From NCBI GenBank assembly GCA_963828255.1, contig CAWHDZ010000015.1, forward strand, positions 1 through 64,000: a DNA stretch of 64,000 bases, given 5' to 3'. Every line of letters starts with the position of its first letter. Positions within the stretch are counted from its first letter, which is position 1. The notes below the pieces were generated by a model, which saw only the letters and a program-made list of their open reading frames with translations, did not search any database and was not told the DNA's origin. This document shows positions 30,900 to 40,581 of the stretch, piece after piece. Both the position numbers and the translations under genes were made by a program. Source of the stretch: an uncultured delta proteobacterium (GTDB taxonomy: Bacteria; Myxococcota; Myxococcia; Myxococcales; Anaeromyxobacteraceae).

Positions 30900-32051
30900 A
30901 TGAACCCGCCCGCCGCAGCCTTCGAGCCCTTCACCGACGAGCACCAGGCCTTTCGCCTCGTGGTCCGCGCCTTCGCGGAGAAGGAGCTGGCCCCCCACGC
31001 CCGCGCCTGGGACGACGCCGGGGAGTTCCCGCGCGCCCTCTTCCGCCGGTTCGGCGAGATGGGCTTCCTGGGCATCCGGCACGACCCGGCCTGGGGCGGC
31101 TCCGGTCTCGACTACTGGTACGTGGTGGCCTACGCCGAGGAGCTGGTCCGCTCGCGCAACGGCGGGCTCGGCACCGGCATGCTGGTCCAGGGCGAGATGG
31201 CCACGCCCATCATCGGCGAGCTGGGCACCGACGAGCAGAAGCGCGAGTTCCTGGCCCCGGCCCTCTCCGGCGAGAAGGTGGCGGCGCTCGCCATCTCCGA
31301 GGCCGACGCCGGGAGCGACGTGGCCGCCATCCGCACCCGGGCCCGCCGGGACGGGGACGACCTCGTCATCAGCGGCTCGAAGAGCTGGATCTCGAACGGG
31401 GCCCGGGCCGACTTCCTGACCATGGCGGTGCGCACCGGCGAGGACGGGTACGGCGGGATCTCGCTCGTCACCTTCCCCACCGACGTCCCCGGCTTCCAGG
31501 TCTCCCGCACGCTCGAGAAGGTGGGCAACCTCTCGTCGGACACGGCGGTGCTCTTCTTCGACGACTGCCGCATCCCGGCCCGCTACCTGCTCGGCGAGCA
31601 GGACCAGGGGTTCGGCTACATCATGACCGGGTTCCAGGGGGAGCGGCTGGTGGCGGCGGTCACCGCGGTGGCCGGCTCCCAGCTCCTCCTCGACGACGCG
31701 CTCCGCTACGGTCAGGAGCGCAAGGCCTTCGGCCGCCCCATCGGCACCTTCCAGGCCTGGCGCCACAGGTTCGCCGAGCACATGTCGCAGCTCGAGGCGG
31801 CCCGCTGGCTCACCTACCGGGCATGCGACCTCTTCGCCCGCAACCAGGTGGCGCTGCGCGAGATCTCCATGGCGAAGCTGGTGGCCTGCGACCTGGCCCA
31901 GCGCATCGCCTACGACGCCATGCAGTTCCACGGCGCGATGGGGTACATGGTCGAGAGCGACGTGGCCCGGGCCTGGCGGGACCTGCGCCTGCTGCCCATC
32001 GGCGGCGGGACGTCCGAGATCATGAAGGAGATCATCTCGCGGAGTTTCTAA
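30900..32051 (+). CDS. acyl-CoA dehydrogenase
   Basis: AISEADAGSD, GSKSWISNG, RKAFGRPI, QFHGAMGY, IGGGTSEIMKEII. Confidence 0.95.
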   Translation: MNPPAAAFEPFTDEHQAFRLVVRAFAEKELAPHARAWDDAGEFPRALFRRFGEMGFLGIRHDPAWGGSGLDYWYVVAYAEELVRSRNGGLGTGMLVQGEMATPIIGELGTDEQKREFLAPALSGEKVAALAISEADAGSDVAAIRTRARRDGDDLVISGSKSWISNGARADFLTMAVRTGEDGYGGISLVTFPTDVPGFQVSRTLEKVGNLSSDTAVLFFDDCRIPARYLLGEQDQGFGYIMTGFQGERLVAAVTAVAGSQLLLDDALRYGQERKAFGRPIGTFQAWRHRFAEHMSQLEAARWLTYRACDLFARNQVALREISMAKLVACDLAQRIAYDAMQFHGAMGYMVESDVARAWRDLRLLPIGGGTSEIMKEIISRSF

Positions 32052-32074
32052 GGCGCCGCTTCAGCGGAACCACC

Positions 32075-32407
32075 ATGACCCCCACCCCCTCCACCGTCGT
32101 CATCCTCATCACCGCCCCGACCGCCGACGCGGCAGCCTCCATCGCCCGCACCCTGGTCGAGGAAGGGCTCGCCGCCTGCGGCAACGTGATCCCCGTCATC
32201 CGCTCCATCTACCGCTGGGAGGGGGAGATCCACGACGACGCCGAGGCCATGCTGGTGCTCAAGACCGAGCGGCGCCTCGTCCCGGCCCTCAAGGAACGCC
32301 TGCCGGCCATGCACCCCTACCAGGTCCCCGAGCTGCTCGTGCTCCCGGTGGAGGACGGGCTGGCGCCGTACCTGGCCTGGATCGCATCATCCGTCCGCAG
32401 CGGTTGA
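32075..32407 (+). CDS. cutA: divalent-cation tolerance protein CutA
   Basis: LAACGN..SIYRWEG..HPYQVPE. Confidence 0.92.
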   Translation: MTPTPSTVVILITAPTADAAASIARTLVEEGLAACGNVIPVIRSIYRWEGEIHDDAEAMLVLKTERRLVPALKERLPAMHPYQVPELLVLPVEDGLAPYLAWIASSVRSG

Positions 32408-32488
32408 CCCCAGCAAGGCCCGTTCCCAGCGCCAGGAGAGTCACAACCCGCGAACCCACCCTTCAGTACGAGGGAAGGGGGACACGGG

Positions 32489-33091
32489 ATGCGCCATCCA
32501 GACCACTCTCGAATCACGGGCCTCGTCGCGTCGCTGGCCCTCTTGGTCGCTCCCTGCGCCGGGCTCGGCGCCACCCGGGAGGAGGCTCTCTCACCGCCCA
32601 ACGCCGCCCTGAGCCTGCCGGCGCGCCTGGTCGCGGGGCTCGGGCTCGAGGTCGAGGGAAACGTCAAGGACTGGGCCGAGGGTAGCCCTCTCCCGGGCTG
32701 CCAGGCCGCCGGCGCATGGGCGCTGCAGGCCAGATCCTGGAGCGGCAGCGTGCGCGTTCACCCGTTTGGCGCGGCGTTCTACCTCGGTGCCGTGATGGGC
32801 GCCTACGATCTGACGGCGTCGAGGTCGACCGGCACCGGGAGCCCGGCCGCGACCCTTCACGTCTCGGGCCTGTACCTGGGGCCGCAGATCGGCTGGAAGT
32901 GGGCCTGGGACTTCGGCCTCTTCGTGGGGATGAACTTTGGCTACGGCTTCCCGGTTGGCTACCAGTCGGCGCTCGTGCAGCCGGACGACGGAGGGAGCTC
33001 CGGACTCGACGGCGCGAAGAGGGACGCCGACAGGAACCTCGGGCCGGGCGTGCCGGTGGCGACGCTGCTCGAGCTGGGGTGGCGGTTCTAG
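32489..33091 (+). CDS. putative outer-membrane beta-barrel protein
   Basis: signal-like N-terminus, alternating aromatic strands (GPQIGWKWAWDFGLFVG), C-terminal ELGWRF. Confidence 0.6.
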   Translation: MRHPDHSRITGLVASLALLVAPCAGLGATREEALSPPNAALSLPARLVAGLGLEVEGNVKDWAEGSPLPGCQAAGAWALQARSWSGSVRVHPFGAAFYLGAVMGAYDLTASRSTGTGSPAATLHVSGLYLGPQIGWKWAWDFGLFVGMNFGYGFPVGYQSALVQPDDGGSSGLDGAKRDADRNLGPGVPVATLLELGWRF

Positions 33092-33108
33092 AGACCTGTG
33101 GAATCCCC

Positions 33109-33450
33109 CTACTTCTTCCGGAAGAGCGCTTCGAGCGCGTCGCGCGGATTCTCCACCGGCTTCGGGGCCTCTCCGAAGAGCGCGCCCAGCCGGTCGCGCG
33201 CCGCCTGCGACGACACCCGCCGCCGCGAGGCGCCGTCGCCCAGCCGGAACAGGTCGCAGGCGTTGGAGGCGATCTTGTCGATGTAGTGGTCGGCGTGGGG
33301 CTCGCGGCACTCGTGGGGCGCCGACTGCTCGTAGAACTTGCAGTTGATGCAGCAGTGCAGGTCCGCGTCGCACCTCGGGCAGGCGCTGCGCCGCCCGATG
33401 GGGCCGTCGAGGTCGAGGGTCTCCCCGCAGCCGAGGCAGGAGGTGGCCAC
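33109..33450 (-). CDS. small Cys-rich putative zinc-binding protein
   Basis: CLGC, CPRC, CCINC..C..C; starts 6 nt after inferred HD-GYP stop. Confidence 0.75.
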   Translation of the reverse strand: MATSCLGCGETLDLDGPIGRRSACPRCDADLHCCINCKFYEQSAPHECREPHADHYIDKIASNACDLFRLGDGASRRRVSSQAARDRLGALFGEAPKPVENPRDALEALFRKK

Positions 33451-33455
33451 GCCGG

Positions 33456-34585
33456 TCAGGCCTGGGCGAGGGGGAGGAGCCCGGCCGTCGTCCCGGGGGA
33501 CGCTCGGCCATCTCGGTGGAGAGGATGGCGTACTGCTCCACGTCGATGCTGATGCGGCGCCACTCCTCCTCGGAGATGTCGAGGAAGGCGTCCACGACCT
33601 TGGGGTCGAACTGCGCGCCCCGGCACCGGGTGATCTCGGAGCGGGCCTCTGCGTAGCCGCGCGCCTTGCGGTAGGGGCGGTCGCTGGTGATGGCGTCGTA
33701 GGCGTCCACCACGTGGAACACCCGGGCGCCCACGAGGATGCCGTCGCCCTTCAGCCCGGCCGGGTAGCCGGTGCCGTCGAACTTCTCCTGGTGCTGCAGC
33801 ACGATCACCGAGGCGGACTTGAGGTACTCGACCCGGCGGAGCAGCTCCCACCCGAGCTCGGGGTGGCGCTTCATCTCCTTCCACTCGCTGGCGTCGAGCG
33901 GGCCGGGCTTGAGCAGCACCCGGTCTCGGATGCCGATCTTGCCGATGTCGTGGAGCAGCGCGCCGTGCTCGATGATGGTCAGGTCGGGCTCGGCCACGCC
34001 GAGCTGGAGCGCCAGCCGCCGCGAGTAGAGGGAGACGCGGCGGGAGTGCCACTGGGTCTCGGCGTCGCGGTAGTCGAGGGCGGCGATGAGCCCGCCGAGG
34101 AGCGCCTCGGTGCGCTCGCGCACCCGCTCCTCGAGCCGGAGGTTCAGCTCCCGGAGCTTGTCGTTCTGCTGCTGGACCTGGATGTTGAGCCGCTCGTTCT
34201 CGCGGCGCAGCCGGGAGGCGTCGGCGGCCTGGGCCACCGTGGTCACCACCTCCTGGTTGTGCCAGGGCTTGGAGATGATCCGGTAGACCTCGCCCGAGTT
34301 CACCGCGTCGAGCGCGATGCGGAAGTCCTCGGCGGCGGTGCAGAGGACGCGGGCGGCGGTCGGCACCCTCTCCCGCGCCTTCTGGAGGAAGGAGATGCCG
34401 TCCATGCCCGGCATCATGTAGTCGGAGATGATGACGGTGGGCCGGTCGGCCTCGAGCCTGGCCAGCGCCTCCTCGGGCGTCGCGTAGGTGCGCACGTCGA
34501 ACCCGGCGCTCTCGAGGATGCGCTTCAGGTTCCGGAGGATGAGGGCGTCGTCGTCGATCACGACGACGCGGTCGGGGCTGGTCAC
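33456..34585 (-). CDS. response regulator REC + HD-GYP phosphodiesterase (apparent 1-nt frameshift near 33495)
   Basis: IDDD, SDYMMPGMDG, HDIGKIG, HQEKFDGTGYP; adding one base at 33491-33500 ends the protein at TGA 33456 instead of reading through two genes. Confidence 0.9.
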
Positions 34586-34684
34586 CGGGATACGGTACCT
34601 CCGGGGGAAGAGGATAACCCGTGGATCATATCCCCTGGGCAGCCGGAAGCCAGCCCGCGCTCAGGGTGCCCCCTCCGGGACGGG

Positions 34685-36097
34685 TCAGAAGCTGTTCAGG
34701 AAGTCGTCGTTGGTCTCGAACTCGGTGAGCTTCTTGAGGAGCCGCTCCATGGCCTCGACCGCCTTCAGCGACGCCAGCGCGCCGCGGAGCTTGCGGATCT
34801 TCTCGATCTGCTTGCCGGAGAAGAGCTTCTCCTCCTTGCGGGTGCCCGAGGCGCCGATATCGATGGCCGGGAAGATGCGCCGCTCGGCGAGTTGCCGGGA
34901 GAGCACGACCTCCATGTTGCCGGTGCCCTTGAACTCCTCGAAGATCACCTCGTCCATCCGGCTGCCGGTGTCGATGAGGGCCGTCGCGATGATGGTGAGC
35001 GAGCCGCCCTCCTCGGCCTTGCGGGCCGCGCCGAAGAGCCGCTTGGGGCGCTCGAGCGCCCGGCTGTCGACGCCGCCGGTGAGCGTGCGCCCCGACGACT
35101 CGATCTCCCGGTTGTAGGCGCGGGCGAGCCGCGTGATCGAGTCGAGCAGGATGACGACGTCCTTCCCGCCCTCCACGAGCCGCTTGGCCCTCTCCATGGA
35201 CATCTCGGCGGCGTGGATGTGCTCCTCGGCCGGCCGGTCGTTGGACGAGCCGCAGACCTCGCCCTTCACGTTCCGGCGCATGTCGGTGAGCTCCTCGGGA
35301 CGCTCGTCCACGAGGAGGACGATGAGGTGCACGTCGGGCCGGTTGGCGTGGATCGCCTGGGCGATCCGCTGCAGCATGATGGTCTTGCCGGCCTTGGGCG
35401 GCGAGGTGATGAGGGCGCGGGCCCCCAGGCCGATGGGGGAGACCAGGTCGAGGACGCGCCCCACGAGCTCGTCGGGGCGGGTCTCCATGACCAGCTTCTC
35501 GGTGGGGTCGGTGGCGGTGAGGTTCGTGAAGGCGGTCCGGCGGACCACGGCGAGCGGGTCGGTCCCCTCGACCAGGTCCACCTTCTGCAGCACCCGCTTC
35601 ATTCCGCGGACCGCCGCCTGCCCCTTCACGAGGTGACCGGGCAGGAGGTGGGTGCGGTCGATGAGCCAGCGCGGAACCTCGACGTCGAAGCTCTGGGCGA
35701 CGTAGGACTTCCTGGGGTCGCGGAGCCAGCCCTGACCCTTGCCCTCGAAGTCGAGGACTCCCTCGACCTCCTCGGTGACCTCCGGCTGCCCCTGGGGCTG
35801 GGGAGGGGGGGCGGCGGCGGGGCCGTTCCCGGAGCCCTGGGGGGCGAAGTTGCCGCCCTGGGGCGGCGGCTGGCCGGCAGGACCGGGCTGGCCTGGCTGG
35901 CCACCCCGACCGCGGCGGCCGCGGCGTCGTCTCCGGCGCTTCCCCTGTCCGGGGGGGCCGGGCTGGCCGGACTGGCCTGGTGCGCCGTTGCCAGGCTCGC
36001 CCTGGAAGGCGGGCTGCTGGTCGTTCTGGGCTGCTTGCGGAGGCGGGGCGCTGGGTGCGTCGCCGCCCTGGGTCGGGGTCTCTTCGTTGTCCATCAT
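34685..36097 (-). CDS. rho: transcription termination factor Rho, atypical N-terminus
   Basis: PPKAGKT, LVDERPEE, LDSITRLARAYN, FEEFKGTGNME, SGTRKEE. Confidence 0.93.
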   Translation of the reverse strand: MMDNEETPTQGGDAPSAPPPQAAQNDQQPAFQGEPGNGAPGQSGQPGPPGQGKRRRRRRGRRGRGGQPGQPGPAGQPPPQGGNFAPQGSGNGPAAAPPPQPQGQPEVTEEVEGVLDFEGKGQGWLRDPRKSYVAQSFDVEVPRWLIDRTHLLPGHLVKGQAAVRGMKRVLQKVDLVEGTDPLAVVRRTAFTNLTATDPTEKLVMETRPDELVGRVLDLVSPIGLGARALITSPPKAGKTIMLQRIAQAIHANRPDVHLIVLLVDERPEELTDMRRNVKGEVCGSSNDRPAEEHIHAAEMSMERAKRLVEGGKDVVILLDSITRLARAYNREIESSGRTLTGGVDSRALERPKRLFGAARKAEEGGSLTIIATALIDTGSRMDEVIFEEFKGTGNMEVVLSRQLAERRIFPAIDIGASGTRKEEKLFSGKQIEKIRKLRGALASLKAVEAMERLLKKLTEFETNDDFLNSF

Positions 36098-36359
36098 GTG
36101 GTCCCTGCGCGGCCGCGGGTTCGATGCACCGCGGGCGTCCTTCAGCCACTATCCGGGCTACCGGCTGCGGCCCGCTCACCCACGCGCCGGACCCTTTGTC
36201 CGACGACCAGCGGGGAGCTGACCGGGTTTCCACCTCGCCGCGCCAATGCGCAAATACGAGGAGGACGGGACCAGTACTAACAGAATCCCATCTCGAGCGA
36301 AAGCAAAAGCGCCGGGTGGCCTCTGACCCACCGGTTGGGCGCCCCGTTCACCACGCACC

Positions 36360-37178
36360 TCAGTCCTCGTTCCCCGCGTCCTCGACCTCCCGGATGTCCT
36401 TCTCCGAGAGCGGGACGGCCGACCCGTGCGCGTGCTGCTCGAGGATCTCGAAGAGCTGCTCCTTGTGCGGCCGGACCTTGCCGATGGGGCAGCGCTTCCA
36501 CTCGTCGAGCGGCTCGTCGCAGTAGCCCATGCGCCGGTCGCCGCACTTTGGCTGGAGCTGGCCGCCCAGCTCGGGCACCGCCTTCACCACCTCGCGCCGC
36601 ATGAGCGCCACCATGTGGCGGATCTCCCACTGGGCGCGCCAGCAGAGGCGCAGGTCGGCGATGTGGAGGAGCTCGGTGAAGTTCACCATCACCTGGAAGT
36701 TGGTGGGGGCGGCGTTGGGGAGGACGAAGCGGGCGTCCTCGGCCGGGATCCCCTTCTCGAGGGCCTGGAAGTAGACCCGCGTCACCTCGGCCATGAGCCG
36801 GTCGTACTCGGCGCCGAGGCCCGCCTTGTCCCAGGTCCTCGGACGCACGTACTCGAGCCGCTCCTCCTTGAACTTCACGTAGCGTTGCGACTGCTGCTCG
36901 AAGCTGATGCCGATGCGGTGGCGGACGAACTGGTGTGAGAGCGAGCGGGACACGCCGCTGATGCCGAACCAGAAGACCACCTGCTCGAGGGGCGAGGCGT
37001 GGCCGGTCTTGAGCCGCTCGGTGATGAAGGCGCGGATCTTCTCCGGGGGGATGGTGCCGTCGCGGATCTCGCTCCAGACCTCGCCCGGCGTCTTGGGGCT
37101 GTAGCAGGTGCGGTAGGCCCCGTAGAGCTTCTGGAGCGGGTCGCGGGCCCAGTCGATGAGGATCACCTCGAGTGGCAT
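36360..37178 (-). CDS. thyX: FAD-dependent thymidylate synthase
   Basis: GHASPLE, RSLSHQFVRHRIGISFEQQSQRY, EDARFVLP, AQWEIR. Confidence 0.93.
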   Translation of the reverse strand: MPLEVILIDWARDPLQKLYGAYRTCYSPKTPGEVWSEIRDGTIPPEKIRAFITERLKTGHASPLEQVVFWFGISGVSRSLSHQFVRHRIGISFEQQSQRYVKFKEERLEYVRPRTWDKAGLGAEYDRLMAEVTRVYFQALEKGIPAEDARFVLPNAAPTNFQVMVNFTELLHIADLRLCWRAQWEIRHMVALMRREVVKAVPELGGQLQPKCGDRRMGYCDEPLDEWKRCPIGKVRPHKEQLFEILEQHAHGSAVPLSEKDIREVEDAGNED

Positions 37179-37274
37179 GCGCTCCGATAGCATCCCGGAC
37201 TGACGCTCACGGAAGGGCCCCCCCCGGTTCGAGGGGCTCCCTCGCGGACCGCCATCCCTGTATGGGTATGGGCC

Positions 37275-38012
37275 ATGCGCCAGCCATCCGTCCCCCTCGC
37301 CCATTCCCACGAGCCCGTAGGGTCGTCCCACTCGCGCGGGCCGGCGGTGGAGCCGGCCGGGTTCGTGGACGACATCGAGCGGGAACTCCTGCGGACACTG
37401 GCGCGCCTGGGCGAGCTGGCCCGGGCGGCGATGGGTCCCGGCGTCCCCGTCACCGACCTCCTGGCTGCCGCGCTCCGGGACGAGATCGAGACCGCCGAGA
37501 TCGCGGCCCTCTGGCTCACCGACGAGCCGGACCTCGACCTGCGGCTCGGCTTCGCCAGGCAGGTGGGGGACGAGGCCAGGCATTTCGAGTTGATCGCGGC
37601 GCGCATCCGTGAGCTGGGAGCCGATCCGACGGCCGACCCTCGGACCCGCGCCCACAGCCCCGCCTTCCGGTACCTCCGGGGGCTCCAGACCCCGGCAGAG
37701 CGGCTCGCCGCCGGGCTCGTCCGGGAGGCGGTGGCACGGCTGAAGAACGCGCTGCTCGCCCAGGTCTGCGAGGCGCGGGGGGACGTCGACACCGCCAGGC
37801 TCTGCCGCGACCACGTGGGGCCGGACGAGGTGCGGCACCTCGACTTCTGCCGGAAGGAGCTCCCCCGCTACGCGCTGACCCTGGCCGACCAGGAGGCGGC
37901 GCGGCGCGCGGTCGCCCGCACCCTGCAACTCGCCGAGGACGCGACCGACCCGTCCCGAACCGCCAAGGCGACCTCGGTGCCCCCGGGCGATCCATCCCCC
38001 GGTGGACGGTAG
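37275..38012 (+). CDS. ferritin-like domain protein
   Basis: paired ExxH motifs DEARH and DEVRH in helical segments; start uncertain. Confidence 0.75.
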   Translation: MRQPSVPLAHSHEPVGSSHSRGPAVEPAGFVDDIERELLRTLARLGELARAAMGPGVPVTDLLAAALRDEIETAEIAALWLTDEPDLDLRLGFARQVGDEARHFELIAARIRELGADPTADPRTRAHSPAFRYLRGLQTPAERLAAGLVREAVARLKNALLAQVCEARGDVDTARLCRDHVGPDEVRHLDFCRKELPRYALTLADQEAARRAVARTLQLAEDATDPSRTAKATSVPPGDPSPGGR

Positions 38013-38023
38013 AGGAGGCGACC

Positions 38024-38545
38024 ATGGTTCGCGTCTACGAGAAAGCCCCCGACTTCACCGCGCCGACCGCGTCCGGGAAGGGCGAGATCGGCGAGGTGAC
38101 CCTGTCCGCGCTGCGCGGCGGGTGGGTGGTGCTGTTCTTCTACCCGCTCGACTTCACCACCGTGTGCCCCACCGAGATCCAGGAGTTCTCGAAGCGCTCC
38201 CGCGAATTCCAGGCGCTGGGGGCCAAGGTGCTGGGCTGCTCCATCGACTCGGTCCACGCGCACAAGGCCTGGATCGAGCACGGGCTCGGCGAGGTCGCCA
38301 TCCCGCTCGTCTCCGACGTCACCCGGCGCATCGCCCGCGACTACGGGGCGCTGCTCGAGGACCGGGGGATCGCCACCCGCGCCACCTTCGTCATCGACCC
38401 GGAGGGAGTGGTGCAGTACGCCTGCTTCCACAACACGGCCGTCGGCCGGTCGGTGTCGGAGACGCTGCGCGTGCTCGAGGCGCTGCGGACCGGGGAGAAG
38501 TGCCCGGTGGACTGGCGGCCCGGCGCGGGGACGCTGGGCCGCTGA
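38024..38545 (+). CDS. 2-Cys peroxiredoxin (AhpC/TSA family)
   Basis: FFYPLDFTTVCPTE, RATFVIDPEG, GEKCPVDW. Confidence 0.95.
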   Translation: MVRVYEKAPDFTAPTASGKGEIGEVTLSALRGGWVVLFFYPLDFTTVCPTEIQEFSKRSREFQALGAKVLGCSIDSVHAHKAWIEHGLGEVAIPLVSDVTRRIARDYGALLEDRGIATRATFVIDPEGVVQYACFHNTAVGRSVSETLRVLEALRTGEKCPVDWRPGAGTLGR

Positions 38546-38611
38546 CTCCACGTACGAATCCAGCCGCAGCGGACCCGAGGGGTCCGCCGGGGAAGCGCCT
38601 CTGTCCTCCGC

Positions 38612-38821
38612 CTACCGTCCGGCCAGCAGCGAGGCGGGCGGCACGCCGAGCGCCTTGGCCATCTTCTCGATGGTCTCGAGCGGCGGCGAGCGCTGTCCGC
38701 GCTCGAGCATGGAGACGTAGGAGACGGAGATCCCCACCTTGTCGGCGAGGGCCTTCTGGGAGAACTTCTTCTTCTCGCGCAGCCGGCGGACGTTGGTCGC
38801 GAAGCGAGTCAGCAGGTCCAT
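38612..38821 (-). CDS. small XRE-family HTH regulator
   Basis: NVRRLREKKKFSQKALADKVGISVSYVSMLERGQRSP. Confidence 0.9.
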   Translation of the reverse strand: MDLLTRFATNVRRLREKKKFSQKALADKVGISVSYVSMLERGQRSPPLETIEKMAKALGVPPASLLAGR

Positions 38822-38876
38822 AGACTCTACGTGTATCAACTGACGGGAGAAGTGACAGGTTCCTTTTGGGGCTCCG

Positions 38877-40421
38877 TCACCCCTCCGGGGCACACGCCAC
38901 GACCACCATCCACTCGTAGACCTCGTCCGGGTTCCGGTCGCGCCAGGCCCTCCAGGCCCGGGACTCCGGAAGGTAGCCGGGGATCCGCCTCCAGCGGGCC
39001 AGATTCACCAGCCGTTCCTTTACGTTGGGTGATAGGCGACCCACCTGGGATTCGGAGGCGATGAGCGCGCCCCCGCCCAGGAGCGCCCTCTCGGCCTCCG
39101 CCGCGTCCCAGGCTCGCCGGACAGGACGCCCGGCCGCCAGGGTGAACAGGCCAGGGGTCGTGTCGTAGACCCAGAGCGGCCGCCCGGCCGTCGAGGGGAC
39201 CGCCTCGCGGGGCAGGGCCGGGGGGTTCACCCCGGGGACGACCAGCCCCACCACCAGCGCGAAGGCCACCCCGGTCGCCGCGGCCGCGGGGGCGATCCGG
39301 TCGCGGAATGCCAGAAGCGAGGCGGCGCCGAAGGCGAACGCTGCGCCAGCCAGCGAGATCAAGGGGACGGGGGGAACCGGGAAGCGCAGCGAGAGGGCCC
39401 CGGCGACGGCGAGGAGCGCGAGGGTGGCGCCGGTGGCGAGGCGGGCCCATCGCGGCGTGGGGGCGCGTGCGACGAGGAGCATGGCGGCGGGGATGGCGGT
39501 GAGCCCGTAGTGCGGCCACTTGAGGGACGGCACCGTGAAGGTGACGAGCACCGCGGCCATCCAGGCGAGCGGGAGCAGCACGCCCGGTTCCCGCCAGGAG
39601 GGGAGCGCGCGGAGGCTGCCCAGCAGCAGGAAGGTCCAGGGGAGCGTGAAGACCAGGAAGCCGACGAGCAGCGTGGCCTCCCCCCGCAGCGTCCAGGGAT
39701 GCATGAACCGGTCGTAGTTCTGGGAGACGACGAAGAAGTCGTAGAAGGCCTGGCCGTGGACCGCGAAGGAGGCCACGTACCAGGGCAGCCCGATGGCGGC
39801 TCCGAGGAGGAAGGCGCCCGCCGTCCAGCGGGAGAGGAGCAACTGGCGGTTGCGGACGAGGAGGAAGCCGCCGGAGAGGAGGAGCACCAGCACCGCGCCC
39901 ACCGGCCCCTTGATGAGGAAGTCCATCGCGGCGGCCGCGCCCACCGCGAGCAGCCAGGGCGGATCGTCCTCCTCCGAGGCGCGCCAGGTGGCGTAGGCGG
40001 CCAGCGCGAGCCCCAGGGCCATGGGGGCGTCCATCATGGCGAGCCGTGCGTACTTCACCCAGCCGAAGGCCGTGGCGGTGAGGATGGCCGCGGTCATGCC
40101 GGCGTCCTCGCCGTACATGCGCCGGCCCAGCGCCAGGACCAGGAGGATCACGGCGATCCAGGCCAGCACCGAGGGAAGACGCGCGGCGAAGAGGTTCGTG
40201 CCGAGGGCGGAGTAGGCGGCCCGCTCCGACCAGTAGAAGAGCGGGGGCTTGTACCAGTTGGGGACGTCGTCGAGCGTGGGCGTGAACCACTCGCCCTTGG
40301 CCTGCATCTCCGCGCTCGTTCCCAGGTGCCAGGCCTCGTCGGGATGGGTGCCGGACGCGGAGTTGCCGAGCGCGGGCAGGTAGAGGACGAGCAGCAGTGC
40401 GAGCAGGGCGGCGCGGCGCAT
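38877..40421 (-). CDS. ArnT/PMT (GT39/83-like) membrane glycosyltransferase
   Basis: PDEA..EM..WFTP..YKPPLFYW, ARLPS, ARLAMMD, IKGPVG. Confidence 0.88.
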   Translation of the reverse strand: MRRAALLALLLVLYLPALGNSASGTHPDEAWHLGTSAEMQAKGEWFTPTLDDVPNWYKPPLFYWSERAAYSALGTNLFAARLPSVLAWIAVILLVLALGRRMYGEDAGMTAAILTATAFGWVKYARLAMMDAPMALGLALAAYATWRASEEDDPPWLLAVGAAAAMDFLIKGPVGAVLVLLLSGGFLLVRNRQLLLSRWTAGAFLLGAAIGLPWYVASFAVHGQAFYDFFVVSQNYDRFMHPWTLRGEATLLVGFLVFTLPWTFLLLGSLRALPSWREPGVLLPLAWMAAVLVTFTVPSLKWPHYGLTAIPAAMLLVARAPTPRWARLATGATLALLAVAGALSLRFPVPPVPLISLAGAAFAFGAASLLAFRDRIAPAAAATGVAFALVVGLVVPGVNPPALPREAVPSTAGRPLWVYDTTPGLFTLAAGRPVRRAWDAAEAERALLGGGALIASESQVGRLSPNVKERLVNLARWRRIPGYLPESRAWRAWRDRNPDEVYEWMVVVACAPEG

Positions 40422-40581
40422 GGACGGGGGAAGCATAGTCGAGCCGGGGTGGGAGGGGGCGCGGAGCGGGCGCAGCCATCCGCGGGGCGGACCGCGGGGC
40501 GGCGCGGCGGACCGGCGTGCCCGCGAAGGCGTCGCGAGGACGGGAGCGGCGGGCGGCAGGGGACGTGCACCGGGCGTGTCC

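Noticed and set aside
32591..33455. Long C-terminal tail of HD-GYP ORF (664 aa)
   Set aside because: Runs over two other plausible genes. One added base gives a normal stop at 33456.
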